Assembly (NCBI GenBank): GCA_025350365.1
Contig: JANXXY010000224.1
Location: 1-43,764, forward strand
DNA: 43,764 nt
Source of the DNA: Bacteroidales bacterium
GTDB lineage: Bacteria; Bacteroidota; Bacteroidia; Bacteroidales; JAAUTT01
Reading direction: 5' to 3'
Shown here: one piece after another, positions 17,669 to 28,221 of the stretch
Layout: every line of letters starts with the position of its first letter
Position numbering within the stretch: position 1 is the stretch's first letter
Notes under the pieces: model-generated
What the model saw: the letters and a program-made list of their open reading frames with translations, nothing else
The model's database searches: none
What the model was told of the DNA's origin: nothing
Position numbers and translations under genes: made by a program

Positions 17669-19270
17669 GTGGAAAAATTATCTCTAAAAGAAAAAATCGG
17701 TTACGCCCTCGGCGATGGGGCAGCAAATATAGCCTGGCGTGGGGTGGCTACTTTCTTATTTATTTTTTACACTGATGTTTTTGGAATAAATCCTGCGGTT
17801 GTAGGGGTGCTTATGCTAATTGCCCGATTCGGTGATGGAATTATCGATGTTTTAATGGGTGTTATCTGCGACCGAACAAATTCAAAATATGGTAAGTTTC
17901 GTCCTTGGATATTATGGACAGCCATACCTTTGGGGATAACATTATCGTTGTTGTTTACATCGCCTAATTTAGGTCCAACAGGGAAAATAGTTTATGCCTA
18001 TGCTACTTATCTGTTATTTTTTCTGATTTACACAGCCAATAATATCCCCTACGGTGCATTAATGGCTGTGATGACCAGCGACAACAAAGAACGCACAAGT
18101 TTGGGTTCGTATCGTATGGTTGGTGCATTTACCGGTGGAATGGTGGTTCAGGGAGCTTTGTTGTTTTTAGTTGTATATTTTGGCAATATAAATCCAACTA
18201 TTAATATCAATAAGCTTGATACAAAAAAATATGAAGTAATAGTATCAACCAATCAGGATGTTAAAAACGTAAACATCAAAACCAAAGATGGAATTGCCCT
18301 GTTTACCTGGGCTAATTCAGAAATGGCCAACAGCCTTAACATTCCTGCGCAGGGCAAAAGCTTTTCAATGGAAGCGCAAAAAAAATACTCATTTATTGTA
18401 TCCGGTGAAGAAAATCTTGAGGCCAAAAACATAACCATCATTGACCAGAAGAGGGGCTATAGCCATGCCATTTATCTTTTATCGGTTTTCTTAGCTCTAT
18501 TCCTGATGGTAACTTTCGCTACCACCAAGGAACGTGTGCAACCACCTAAAGAACAAAAAACAAATTTGGGCAAGGACCTTAAAGATCTTATCCGAAACAA
18601 GCCTTGGATTATCCTTCTTATCATCGGATTGCTATTTAATGTATACAACTCGATCAAACAAGGTATTGTGGTTATCTATTTTAGCCACTATTTGCACAAT
18701 CAGCTGTTGGCTGCCACTTTTATGGTTGGATTAATGCTGGCTTCAATAGCAGGCGCAATGATCACATCTCCGCTGGGCAAACGTTTTGGTAAACGCAACT
18801 TGTTCATTTATGCCCTTATTTTCTCTGGCGTTGTAAATGCATTACTTGTTTTTTGCAGTTCGGAAAATATAATAGGCATTTTTACAATCGGTATCATCTC
18901 GGAGTTTGGAGCTGCAATATTTCCAACGCTCTTTTTTGCAATGCTTGGTGATGCTGCCGATTACTCGGAATTCAAAAATGGACGAAGAGCGACCGGACTC
19001 GTTTATTCTGCTGGTTCTTTTGCAACCAAATTTGGAGGAGGTATAGCCGGTGCAATTATTGGATTTGTGTTAGCAGCATTTCATTACAATGGTCAGGATG
19101 CCATTGCCATTCAAGGCGCAGTTCCAGGTATCATTATGCTTATGAGTTGGATACCCGCAATTATTGCTCTTATAGCAGCAGGTGTGATGACTATCTATCC
19201 ATTAAACCAAGCGAAAATGGATGAAATAACCATTGAATTAAACAATAGAAGGGCTAACGAATTAGCTTAA
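17669..19270 (+). CDS. GPH-family (MelB-like) MFS sugar symporter with an inserted soluble domain
   Basis: EKIGYALGD, DRTNSKYGKFRPWIL, NIPYGAL, TKERV, DAADYSEFKNGRRATG; GTG start. Confidence 0.93.
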   Translation: MEKLSLKEKIGYALGDGAANIAWRGVATFLFIFYTDVFGINPAVVGVLMLIARFGDGIIDVLMGVICDRTNSKYGKFRPWILWTAIPLGITLSLLFTSPNLGPTGKIVYAYATYLLFFLIYTANNIPYGALMAVMTSDNKERTSLGSYRMVGAFTGGMVVQGALLFLVVYFGNINPTININKLDTKKYEVIVSTNQDVKNVNIKTKDGIALFTWANSEMANSLNIPAQGKSFSMEAQKKYSFIVSGEENLEAKNITIIDQKRGYSHAIYLLSVFLALFLMVTFATTKERVQPPKEQKTNLGKDLKDLIRNKPWIILLIIGLLFNVYNSIKQGIVVIYFSHYLHNQLLAATFMVGLMLASIAGAMITSPLGKRFGKRNLFIYALIFSGVVNALLVFCSSENIIGIFTIGIISEFGAAIFPTLFFAMLGDAADYSEFKNGRRATGLVYSAGSFATKFGGGIAGAIIGFVLAAFHYNGQDAIAIQGAVPGIIMLMSWIPAIIALIAAGVMTIYPLNQAKMDEITIELNNRRANELA

Positions 19271-19323
19271 CGATAGCAAAAATTAATATAGCAATATAAA
19301 ATTATACTATAAAAATAATCAAT

Positions 19324-21762
19324 ATGAAATTTGGCCACTTCGACGACAAAAACAGGGAATATGTGATTGATAATCCACGTACACCTTGGCCTTGGATCAA
19401 TTATCTTGGAAATGAAGATTTTTTCTCACTTATTTCAAATACTGCCGGTGGTTATACTTTTTATAAAGATGCCAAATTCCGACGTATTACCCGCTATCGA
19501 TACAACAACGTACCGATGGATAGCGGAGGAAAATACTTTTACATTAAAGACGGAGACAGCATATGGTCGCCGGGTTGGAAACCATGCAAAACAGAACTCG
19601 ACAGTTATGAATGTCGTCATGGGATGAGCTACACCAACATTAAAGGCGAGAAGAATGGTGTTACAGCCAATGTTCTCTATTTTGTACCACTAAAAACGTG
19701 GGCAGAAATACAAAAACTTACATTAACCAATAATTCAAATGAAGTTAAGAAATTAAAGATTTTTTCTTTTGTTGAATGGTGTTTGTGGAATGCAGCCGCC
19801 GATATGGAAAACTTTCAACGAAACTTCTCAACCGGTGAAGTGGAAATTCAGGATTCTGTTATCTACCACAAAACCGAATATAAAGAGCGACGAGATCATT
19901 ATGCGTATTATTCCGTAAATACTCCTATACATGGTTATGATACTGATCGTGAATCATTTTTTGGTTTATATAATGGTTTCGATGAACCACAAGTTGTTGC
20001 AGAAGGCAAGCCTCTTAATTCAGAGGCACATGGTTGGTCACCTATCGCATCCCATTACATCGAAGTAGAATTGAAACCAGGCGAATCGAAAGATTTTATC
20101 TATGTTTTGGGCTATGTCGAAAACAAAGAAGAGGAAAAATGGGAATCGAAGAATATTATCAATAAGAAAAAAGCGAAGGAAACCATAGCGAAGTTTAATA
20201 CTGTCGCAAAAGTAGATACCGCATTAGCAGAATTGCGTAAATACTGGGATAACTTATTAAGTATTTATTCGGTTAACTCAGGAGATGATAAACTCGACCG
20301 CATGGTAAATATTTGGAATCAATATCAATGCATGATTACCTTTAATTTTTCCCGTTCGGCATCCTTCTTCGAATCGGGTATTGGTCGTGGTATGGGTTTC
20401 CGTGATTCAAATCAGGATCTTATTGGTTTTGTTCACCAGATTCCGGAAAGGGCGCGGGAGCGAATTATCGATATTGCTTCCACCCAATTTCCCGACGGAG
20501 GTTGCTATCATCAATACCAGCCACTTACCAAGCGGGGTAACAATGATATTGGAGGAGGTTTTAACGATGATCCCATGTGGCTTATCCTTGGCACGGTCAG
20601 CTACATAAAAGAAACAGGGGATTATGGTATTCTGGATGAAAAAGTTCCTTTTGACAATGATATATCTATTTCACGTAGTTTATTTGACCACCTTACGGTA
20701 TCGTTCGACCATGTAGTAAAAAATCTTGGACCTCACGGATTACCGCTTATAGGTCGTGCCGACTGGAACGATTGCCTCAATCTGAATTGTTTTTCCAACG
20801 ATCCTAACGAGTCGTTCCAAACTACAGAAAATAAAACAGTAGGCACCAAAGCGGAATCGGTGATGATTGCAGGATTATTCGTATTATATGGTCGTGATTA
20901 TGTTGATCTTTGCAAAAAACTAGGTAAAAATGACGAAGTTGTTCGTGCTCAAAAGCATGTGGATACTATGGTGGATGTAATTAAAAAACATGGTTGGGAT
21001 GGTGAGTGGTTTATTCGTGCTTACGACTATTATGGTCGTAAAATCGGGAGTAACGAAAACGAAGAAGCTAAAATATTTATCGAATCGCAGGGATGGTGCA
21101 CAATGGCGGGCATTGGCAAAGATGAAGGCCTTTGCACCAAATCGCTTGATGCAGTAAAGGAACGGCTTGATAGTCAATATGGGATAGTATTAAATAACCC
21201 TGCATTTACTAAATACTACATCGAATACGGCGAAATATCTTCTTACCCAGCTGGTTATAAGGAAAATGCCGGTATTTTCTGCCATAATAATCCTTGGATT
21301 ATGATTGGCGAAACAGTGGTAGGAAATGGAAACCGTGCCTGGGATTATTATCGTAAAATCTGTCCTTCCTACCTTGAAGAAATCAGTGATCTGCATAAAA
21401 CCGAGCCTTATGTATACGCTCAAATGGTATCCGGAAAGGATGCTTTCAAACCTGGGGAAGCTAAAAACTCCTGGTTAACCGGTACTGCGTCCTGGAATTT
21501 CTTTGCTATTTCACAATATATCCTCGGTATACGTCCCGATTATGATGGATTGATAATTGATCCCTGTATCCCTGCTGATTGGAAAGGGTTTAAAGTTACC
21601 CGTAAATTTCGCGGCGCTACCTACCTGATTGAAATTACAAACCCCAATGGTAAAATGAAAGGTGTAAAAGAGGTTTTGATCGATTCCAAACCGCAGGCTT
21701 CCAATATTATCCCTATATTTGGGGATGGCAGGGAACATACGGTAAAGGTGATTTTGGGATAA
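19324..21762 (+). CDS. cbpA: GH94 cellobiose phosphorylase
   Basis: [39 protein letters not shown] (catalytic Asp), [22 protein letters not shown]; 812 aa. Confidence 0.92.
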   Translation: MKFGHFDDKNREYVIDNPRTPWPWINYLGNEDFFSLISNTAGGYTFYKDAKFRRITRYRYNNVPMDSGGKYFYIKDGDSIWSPGWKPCKTELDSYECRHGMSYTNIKGEKNGVTANVLYFVPLKTWAEIQKLTLTNNSNEVKKLKIFSFVEWCLWNAAADMENFQRNFSTGEVEIQDSVIYHKTEYKERRDHYAYYSVNTPIHGYDTDRESFFGLYNGFDEPQVVAEGKPLNSEAHGWSPIASHYIEVELKPGESKDFIYVLGYVENKEEEKWESKNIINKKKAKETIAKFNTVAKVDTALAELRKYWDNLLSIYSVNSGDDKLDRMVNIWNQYQCMITFNFSRSASFFESGIGRGMGFRDSNQDLIGFVHQIPERARERIIDIASTQFPDGGCYHQYQPLTKRGNNDIGGGFNDDPMWLILGTVSYIKETGDYGILDEKVPFDNDISISRSLFDHLTVSFDHVVKNLGPHGLPLIGRADWNDCLNLNCFSNDPNESFQTTENKTVGTKAESVMIAGLFVLYGRDYVDLCKKLGKNDEVVRAQKHVDTMVDVIKKHGWDGEWFIRAYDYYGRKIGSNENEEAKIFIESQGWCTMAGIGKDEGLCTKSLDAVKERLDSQYGIVLNNPAFTKYYIEYGEISSYPAGYKENAGIFCHNNPWIMIGETVVGNGNRAWDYYRKICPSYLEEISDLHKTEPYVYAQMVSGKDAFKPGEAKNSWLTGTASWNFFAISQYILGIRPDYDGLIIDPCIPADWKGFKVTRKFRGATYLIEITNPNGKMKGVKEVLIDSKPQASNIIPIFGDGREHTVKVILG

Positions 21763-21769
21763 TCGTTTT

Positions 21770-21796
21770 GTAGAGACAACGCATGCATTGTCTCTA
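21770..21796. repeat. GTAG-type REP palindrome, copy 1
   Basis: GTAGAGACAACGCATGCATTGTCTCTA immediately after the GH94 stop. Confidence 0.85.
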
Positions 21797-21840
21797 ATGT
21801 CTATAAATTATCATCGGATAATTTTAAAAATATAATCCAC

Positions 21841-21907
21841 ATTGCAGCAAATTTGCAAGCCAATACGAGCCAACGCTGAAACTAAAGGCTTGCAAAAGAG
21901 CTGCAAT
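21841..21907. other. Bulged stem-loop element upstream of the hsdM remnant
   Basis: ATTGCAGC/GCTGCAAT (8 bp) and TTTGCAAGCC/GGCTTGCAAA (10 bp) stems separated by a 3x3 internal loop. Confidence 0.6.
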
Positions 21908-21992
21908 TTTGCTTTCACAAATCGTGTCGATATTGACAATTAAAAACATAAAGTTGTTAACTATAAAACAGATAAAAAATTAAAAGTATATA

Positions 21993-22253
21993 ATGGCTAA
22001 AAAAGCAAAAACAAAACAGGAAGAACCATTGAAGATTTACCCGGCTTCTGCAAGTTATCAACTATAGAAGTTTTGGCAAAATCAAATTATGCCAACTGGC
22101 AGATATTTGGGCATATATGACGCAGAAGATGATTTCAATTTTGTGGAACGCTTTACTTCTTTAAAAACAGAACTGGAAAGTCAAATTGCCGAAGAAGCAG
22201 ACTTGAATAAAAAAATTGCTGAGAATTTATCTAAAATAAAATTACCTAAGTAA
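21993..22253 (+). pseudogene. hsdM: Type I restriction-modification HsdM remnant (N- and C-termini joined by a deletion)
   Basis: MAKKAKTKQEEPL joined out of frame to EDLPGFCK...NYA, then TGRYLG...EDDFNFVERFTSLKTELESQIAEEADLNKKIAENLSKIKLPK*. Confidence 0.75.
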
Positions 22254-22651
22254 TGGCAATGGAAATAGTAAAACAAGCAATGTCGGTGTTTGAACAGATA
22301 CGGCAAACCGATGAAAACGGAAATTAATTCTGGGTAGCACGTCAATTGACTAAGGTGCTCGAATATACCGATTTCAGAAATTTTCTTTCGGTAATTGAAA
22401 AAGCCAAAGAAGCTTGTAAAAATAGTGGACAGGAGGTCGAACATCACCTCGTTGAATTCAACGAGGTGATAACTCACGGGAAAGGTGCTGTACAAGTTTA
22501 CCAAAGTTATAAATTGAGTCGTTATGCCTGTTACTTAATTGTACAAAATGCCGACCCATCAAAAGAAATAGTTGCGTTGGGGCAGACCTATTTTGCCGTG
22601 CAAACACGTTTGCAGGAAATACGACAGATGGAAAACTGTAAAATTCCCTGA
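22253..22651 (+). pseudogene. dinD: DNA-damage-inducible protein D (BRO-N-like), nonsense-mutated and truncated
   Basis: FEQIRQTDENGN*FWVARQL..VLEY, LSRYACYLIVQNADPSKEIVALGQTYFAVQTR; TAA at 22325-22327. Confidence 0.88.
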
Positions 22652-22665
22652 TTTAACGGGTTTAA

Positions 22666-22697
22666 TTGTAGAGACAACGCATGTGTTGTCTCTACAA
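22666..22697. repeat. GTAG-type REP palindrome, copy 2
   Basis: TTGTAGAGACAAC-GCATGT-GTTGTCTCTACAA, perfect 13 bp stem; may also terminate the convergent GH1 transcript. Confidence 0.85.
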
Positions 22698-22700
22698 AAC

Positions 22701-24119
22701 CTATTTCAGAAAATTGCGAAACCATAACCCAGAATCTTTAATGGTACGTTTTTGAGTTTCAAAATCATTATAAACAATGCCAAAACGAGGTTTATAGCCG
22801 TAACTCCATTCAAAATTGTCCATAAAGGTCCACAAAAAATATCCTGTCACATTTATTCCCTCGCATTTTGCCTTTAATACACTTTTGAGGTAATCCTTAA
22901 AATAGTTACATCGCTGGGTATCATGAACGCTTTCACCTTGAAGCTCATCAGGAAAGGCGGCTCCGTTTTCGGTTATAATAATTTCTTTAATCGGATATTT
23001 GGCATATTGCTTAATACTCATGTAAATACCTTTTGGCCAAACTTCCCAGCCCATTTCGGTAAGTTCTGATTTTTCCTTATCGGGTTTTACCTTGGTTGCC
23101 CGGATATAGGGAATAATTCCAGGTCGGCTTATTACCCGGAAATAATTCTGCAAGCCAATAAAATCGAAGTCGAATTTAAGCCTTTCCTCATCACCGGGTT
23201 GAATAAACCTTTCCATTTTTTCCAGAAAGGGGAGATCTTTTTTGGGATAACCCATCCCAAGAGTAGGTTCAATATAAAGCCTGTTAAGAATTACATCAAT
23301 TCGTTTGGCGGCCCTTTCATGTCGTGGCAATTGCTTTTTAGGCTCTACATAGGAGCATGAGAGCGCTGTTCCGATATGGGCATCCGGCAGATGACTGCGA
23401 ATAATTCGACCTCCTTCGGCCTGACAAAGCATTGCATGATGTACAGAAGCAAGAAATTTATTTATTCCCCGATGCCCGGGGGCATGCATGCCAATAAGGT
23501 ATCCTAGTGTAGTAAAAGCCGCCGGTTCATTTAACACAATCCAATTTCGAACCCGGTCGCCGAATTTTTGAACGCAAAAATCAGTATATTCAGCAAACCA
23601 ACCAATAATGTCGCGGTTTGTCCATCCACCTTTATCTTCCAACAGTTGAGGTAAATCCCAATGGTAAAGAGTAATCCATGGTTCGATACCAATGCGGAGA
23701 CATTTGTCTATTACCCGGTTGTAAAAATCAACTCCCTTATCATTAATTCTTCCTGTTCCGTCGGGTAGCAAACGCGACCAGGAAAGTGAGAAGCGGAAAT
23801 CTTTAAAATTCAGACTTTTCAACAAGTCCAAATCGTTATCGAATTGGTGATAAAAGTCGCAGGCAATCTGGCCGGTGGAATGGTCTTTTATTTTCCCCTT
23901 CATCATTTCAAAACGATCCCATATATTTTCACCCTTTCCGTCAACATTCCATGCGCCCTCAATTTGATGAGATGCTGTTGAAACGCCCCAATGAAACGCG
24001 GAACCGAATAATTCTTTTGATAGTTCAGGGTCTGGTTGATTTGCTTTCGATAAGAGGGAGCCGGAATATAAAAAAGCAGTTCCTGCACTGGCTAATTTCA
24101 AAAATTCAGAACGTTTCAT
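22701..24119 (-). CDS. GH1 beta-glucosidase with a Tat-like signal peptide
   Basis: WGVSTASHQIEGA, RFSLSWSR, TLYHWDLP, catalytic NEP and ITENG, DNFEW..GY..RFG; TACCTTTG box at 24134-24141 on the minus strand. Confidence 0.95.
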   Translation of the reverse strand: MKRSEFLKLASAGTAFLYSGSLLSKANQPDPELSKELFGSAFHWGVSTASHQIEGAWNVDGKGENIWDRFEMMKGKIKDHSTGQIACDFYHQFDNDLDLLKSLNFKDFRFSLSWSRLLPDGTGRINDKGVDFYNRVIDKCLRIGIEPWITLYHWDLPQLLEDKGGWTNRDIIGWFAEYTDFCVQKFGDRVRNWIVLNEPAAFTTLGYLIGMHAPGHRGINKFLASVHHAMLCQAEGGRIIRSHLPDAHIGTALSCSYVEPKKQLPRHERAAKRIDVILNRLYIEPTLGMGYPKKDLPFLEKMERFIQPGDEERLKFDFDFIGLQNYFRVISRPGIIPYIRATKVKPDKEKSELTEMGWEVWPKGIYMSIKQYAKYPIKEIIITENGAAFPDELQGESVHDTQRCNYFKDYLKSVLKAKCEGINVTGYFLWTFMDNFEWSYGYKPRFGIVYNDFETQKRTIKDSGLWFRNFLK

Positions 24120-24223
24120 AAAAAAATAAATGCCAAAGGTATTAGGAAAACATTAATGTCATAAATTTACAAATATTTTTCTGCAAATTTGACTCGAACC
24201 AGACTTACATAAATGAATTTAAT

Positions 24224-25828
24224 ATGAAAAAAAGTTTAATTATCACAGGCATCATTTTATATCCGTTTTTAATTAGCGGTGCACAGGAAAAACCTGAACC
24301 AGTTATATCGAAGATTAAGGAGGTTACTGTTTTTGTAAACGGCGCCCAGATAACACGCATTGGGTCAGTAATATTAAAAGAAGGAAACCAGCAACTGGTA
24401 TTTGAAAATCTACCTCAGGCTATGAACGCTCAAAGTATTCAGTTATCCGGAACCGGGAATTTTACCATATTGGCGGTTAACAATCAGATTAATTACCTTA
24501 AACCCCAACAAAAATCAAAAGACATAATTGCATTGGAAGATTCTGTTGAAATACTTCAGTACAAACTAAGAACCAACAATGCTTCGTTGGAAGTATTGAA
24601 AGATGAAGAATCCCTTCTTAAAGTCAATCAGTCCTTGGGGGGTTCGCAAACAGGCGTAAAAGTGGATGAGCTTAAAGCAGCGTTGGAATTGTTTCGCTCC
24701 AGGTTGACGGATATAAAAACAAAAACGATAAAACTGGTAAATGACAGCAAAAAACTGAACGAACTATTAAAGAATTTGAACGATCAGTTAACACAAATTC
24801 GAAATAAAAGCAATACTCCGACAAGCGAGGTTGTAGTTACATTGCTTGCTCCGTCTCCTGCGAAAGCGCAATTATCGCTTTCGTATCTGGTGTCGGAGGC
24901 TGGTTGGATGGCTGCTTATGATGTTAGGGCAATTGATATAATGAAACCCATAAATCTTATTTATAAGGCTAAGGTATTCCAATCGACAGGGGAGAATTGG
25001 AACGATATAAAAATTACACTTTCAACGGGAAATCCGGCAGCCAGTGGAAATGCACCCATTGTTAATCCATGGTATCTGAATATTATTGAGCCTGTTTCCC
25101 GCCTTAAAAATGAACTAATGGAGGCAAAAAACGTGATGCTGGAAGAAGTAGCGGTAATTGGTTACGGTGCTCAAAAGAAAGTACAAACAACAGCCTCATT
25201 TACTCAAACAACAATAAATCAGACTACGGTTGAGTTTAAGATCGAACTCCCTTACAATATCCCATCCAACGGTCAACAATATACCGTTGAGGTAAAATCA
25301 TTTACGCTTCCGGCATCGTATGAGTATTATTGTGCGCCCAAGTTAGATACCGATGCCTTTTTACTTGCAAAAATCACGGGTTGGGAAGAATTGAACATGC
25401 TTTCGGGTGAATCCAGTTTGTTTTTCGAGGGAACATTTGTTGGAACAGCATTTATCGATACTCAAAACACAAAAGATACATTAATGGTTTCGCTGGGACG
25501 TGATAAAGGTATTGTTGTTACACGAATCAAACAGAAGGATTTTACTTCGAAAAAATTTATCGGTTCCACCAGAAAAGACTCCCGATCGTTTGAAATTGTT
25601 GCCAGAAATAAAAAGAAACAAACTATTAACCTGTTGATAAACGATCAGGTTCCCTTATCAACAACGAAAGAAATTGAAGTTGAGTCAACCAATATATCCG
25701 GAGGGATACTTGAGAAGGCCTCCGGAAAATTAACCTGGAAAATACAATTGCAACCTTCAGAAAGTAGGACGTTTACCAATGGGTATAATGTAACTTATCC
25801 TAAAGATAAAACGATTATACTTGAATAA
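24224..25828 (+). CDS. DUF4139/DUF4140 (MuiA-like) exported protein
   Basis: Signal peptide, IKEVTVFVNGAQITR, coiled coil, AGW.AAYDVRA, QSTGENW..I.ITLSTGNP, SLGRDKGI, DQVPLST, GKLTW. Confidence 0.88.
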   Translation: MKKSLIITGIILYPFLISGAQEKPEPVISKIKEVTVFVNGAQITRIGSVILKEGNQQLVFENLPQAMNAQSIQLSGTGNFTILAVNNQINYLKPQQKSKDIIALEDSVEILQYKLRTNNASLEVLKDEESLLKVNQSLGGSQTGVKVDELKAALELFRSRLTDIKTKTIKLVNDSKKLNELLKNLNDQLTQIRNKSNTPTSEVVVTLLAPSPAKAQLSLSYLVSEAGWMAAYDVRAIDIMKPINLIYKAKVFQSTGENWNDIKITLSTGNPAASGNAPIVNPWYLNIIEPVSRLKNELMEAKNVMLEEVAVIGYGAQKKVQTTASFTQTTINQTTVEFKIELPYNIPSNGQQYTVEVKSFTLPASYEYYCAPKLDTDAFLLAKITGWEELNMLSGESSLFFEGTFVGTAFIDTQNTKDTLMVSLGRDKGIVVTRIKQKDFTSKKFIGSTRKDSRSFEIVARNKKKQTINLLINDQVPLSTTKEIEVESTNISGGILEKASGKLTWKIQLQPSESRTFTNGYNVTYPKDKTIILE

Positions 25829-25926
25829 AATATAATAAATTTTACGTTTTAGTGACTAGAACTTTATATTGATTTTACAAAACAGAGCTTTGGAAATCTT
25901 ATCTTTGAATTTCGCAATTATAAACT

Positions 25927-27012
25927 ATGGCTGAAAAAGAACCAAATCCCTTTAAAAAAATTTCCGGAATACGGGTTATTTATCCGATAATCATTGGACT
26001 TGGCGTTGTTTTTTATTTCTTTTTTAAGGAATTTAATCATGAGGCTTTTTCGGTTATAACCTTTAGCTTTCGGATGGCTATATTTCTTTTTATTGCCGTT
26101 TTATTTATGGTATTGCGGGATGTGGGCTATATTATTCGGATACGTATTTTAAGTCATAATGAACTTTCGTGGAGACAAGCCTTACGAGTGATCATGCTGT
26201 GGGAATTTTCGTCGGCTGTAATGCCGTCTGCTGTAGGTGGAACCACTATTGCGATGATTTATATCAACAAGGAAGGCATCAATTTGGGTCGTAGCACGGC
26301 AGTGGTAATGGCCACATCGTTTCTCGACGAAGTGTATTTTATTCTAATGTTTCCGGTATTATTGCTTACAATTAAGGTGCATAAACTTTTTACGGTGGGA
26401 ATGGGTGTTTCCGGCACCGATTATATTTCGCTTGCCAACGAATTTTTATGGTTTGCAATTATTGGCTATTCCTTAAAACTCGTCTACACAATTGTTTTGA
26501 GCTATGGTCTTTTTGTAAACCCTCGTGGACTTAAGTGGTTGTTAATGATAGTATTTAAACTCCCATTCTTACGTAAGTTCAGGTATGCCGCACACATCAC
26601 CGGAACCGATATCATTACAAGTTCGAATGAACTTAAAAAACAAAAAATCGGTTTCTGGTTAAAGGCCTTTGGAGCTACTTTTTTTTCATGGACATCAAGG
26701 TATATGGTAGTTAACGCATTAATTCTTGCGTTTTTTGCGGTCTCTGATCATTTTTTACTTTTTGCAAGACAGTTGGTCATGTCGAATATGGTTTTGCTTA
26801 GCCCAACACCCGGCGGAAGTGGTTTTTCGGAATATATTTTTACACGATATCTCAGCGATTTTTTTCCTGTTGATGCCGCAATTGTCGGAAGTATTGGGAT
26901 TGTGCTGGCGTTGCTGTGGAGAATAATCAGTTATTACCCTTACTTATTAATTGGAGCAATAATTTTACCTAACTGGATTAAAAAAAGGTTCACAAACGAA
27001 AATAAATCTTAA
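25927..27012 (+). CDS. Lysylphosphatidylglycerol synthase TM-domain (UPF0104, flippase-like) protein
   Basis: Polytopic; EFSSAVMPSAVGG, SPTPGGSGFSE, LLWRIISYY; TATCTTTG box at 25900-25907. Confidence 0.88.
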   Translation: MAEKEPNPFKKISGIRVIYPIIIGLGVVFYFFFKEFNHEAFSVITFSFRMAIFLFIAVLFMVLRDVGYIIRIRILSHNELSWRQALRVIMLWEFSSAVMPSAVGGTTIAMIYINKEGINLGRSTAVVMATSFLDEVYFILMFPVLLLTIKVHKLFTVGMGVSGTDYISLANEFLWFAIIGYSLKLVYTIVLSYGLFVNPRGLKWLLMIVFKLPFLRKFRYAAHITGTDIITSSNELKKQKIGFWLKAFGATFFSWTSRYMVVNALILAFFAVSDHFLLFARQLVMSNMVLLSPTPGGSGFSEYIFTRYLSDFFPVDAAIVGSIGIVLALLWRIISYYPYLLIGAIILPNWIKKRFTNENKS

Positions 27013-27181
27013 CATTTTTACACACATTATTCTTTATTTAAATAACTCAAAATATAAAGAGTCGCATATTGATGAAATAAAATATGGGTTTTATAGAATT
27101 AGTCTTGGTTTATTACTAATTTAGAAATACAATTCGGTCGCTTTAAAATTTAAAGTTTCCGGCAAAGGTTAAAACATTTTA

Positions 27182-27189
27182 TAGCTTTG
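27182..27189 (+). promoter_or_regulatory. Candidate -7 promoter box of the signalling cluster
   Basis: TAGCTTTG fits TAnnTTTG; further boxes at 28161-28168 (TATATTTG) and 39913-39920 (TAAATTTG). The motif is short, so chance matches are possible. Confidence 0.5.
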
Positions 27190-27235
27190 TAATTTGGTAA
27201 AACATTGTGAAAAACTGTAGACTTTCGCTTACAAT

Positions 27236-28117
27236 ATGACGATAACCAGCCTTGATTTGCAACAGTTTATAACTGCTCTAAGAAATTTTTCAACTTATGA
27301 CTTCAGCGAATACTCTGACAAGTCTTTAAAGCGAAGACTAACTAAGGTATTGATTGACTACAAACTTGAATTGGGTGAGTTGATTTCTCAAATGCGAAAC
27401 AATACTCAATTGCTTGAACAAGTAGTTAAAGACATCACTGTAAATACTACCGAACTATTTCGCGACCCTCTGGTATGGCAGCATTTGCGTTATACAATAC
27501 TTCCGAAACTTAAAAATCAACAAACCATTAATATCTGGCATGCAGGATGTTCTACCGGGCAGGAAGTGTATTCCATGATGATGATTTTGAATGAACTTGA
27601 TCTTTTAGAACGCACAAGGATATATGCCAGTGATTTAAATACCGATGTTCTTCAAGCTGCAAAAAAAGGACTATATAAATACCGGTTTAATATCGCATAC
27701 CTAGATAATTTCGACAAAGCGATAAAAGAAAATCCTTTTAATTACGAGCAGTTTTTTGATATTCCTTATTCAAAGTATTTTGAAATAGACAAGGAGAAAG
27801 ATTTTATAAAAATGAATCACTTTCTCACTGAAAAACCAATTTTTAAAAAACTTGATTTAGTTAAGGATAGTAATATTTTTTATGTGAAATTCGATATTAT
27901 CATTTGTAGGAATGTAATTATCTATTTTAATTACGATCTGCAAAATAAAATATTTGAATTGTTTCATAACAATCTGTACAGTAATGGTTATTTATGGCTT
28001 GGCATGCATGAATCCATTCTGGGCCCTTTTGCATCAAAATTTGAAAAAATCGGGCATGTTTATCAAAAAAAGGAAAGTCTGTTTTCGAGTATCGATTATG
28101 GGAAATTGAATAAATAA
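27236..28117 (+). CDS. cheR: CheR-type protein-glutamate O-methyltransferase (motifs intact)
   Basis: YDFSEY...SLKRR, TVNTTELFRD, IWHAGCSTGQEVYS, ASDLN, FDIIICRNVIIYF, GYLWLGMHES. Confidence 0.95.
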   Translation: MTITSLDLQQFITALRNFSTYDFSEYSDKSLKRRLTKVLIDYKLELGELISQMRNNTQLLEQVVKDITVNTTELFRDPLVWQHLRYTILPKLKNQQTINIWHAGCSTGQEVYSMMMILNELDLLERTRIYASDLNTDVLQAAKKGLYKYRFNIAYLDNFDKAIKENPFNYEQFFDIPYSKYFEIDKEKDFIKMNHFLTEKPIFKKLDLVKDSNIFYVKFDIIICRNVIIYFNYDLQNKIFELFHNNLYSNGYLWLGMHESILGPFASKFEKIGHVYQKKESLFSSIDYGKLNK

Positions 28118-28221
28118 TAATATTTATGCTTCAGATATTTAAATATCAACCATAACAAACTATATTTGAAGAAAAGGCAACGAAAATAAATATCGAAACA
28201 TCGAAAATAGTTTAAAATCAA

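Noticed and set aside
22181-22504. 107 aa minus-strand ORF
   Set aside because: Shadow of the hsdM/dinD remnants on the plus strand.
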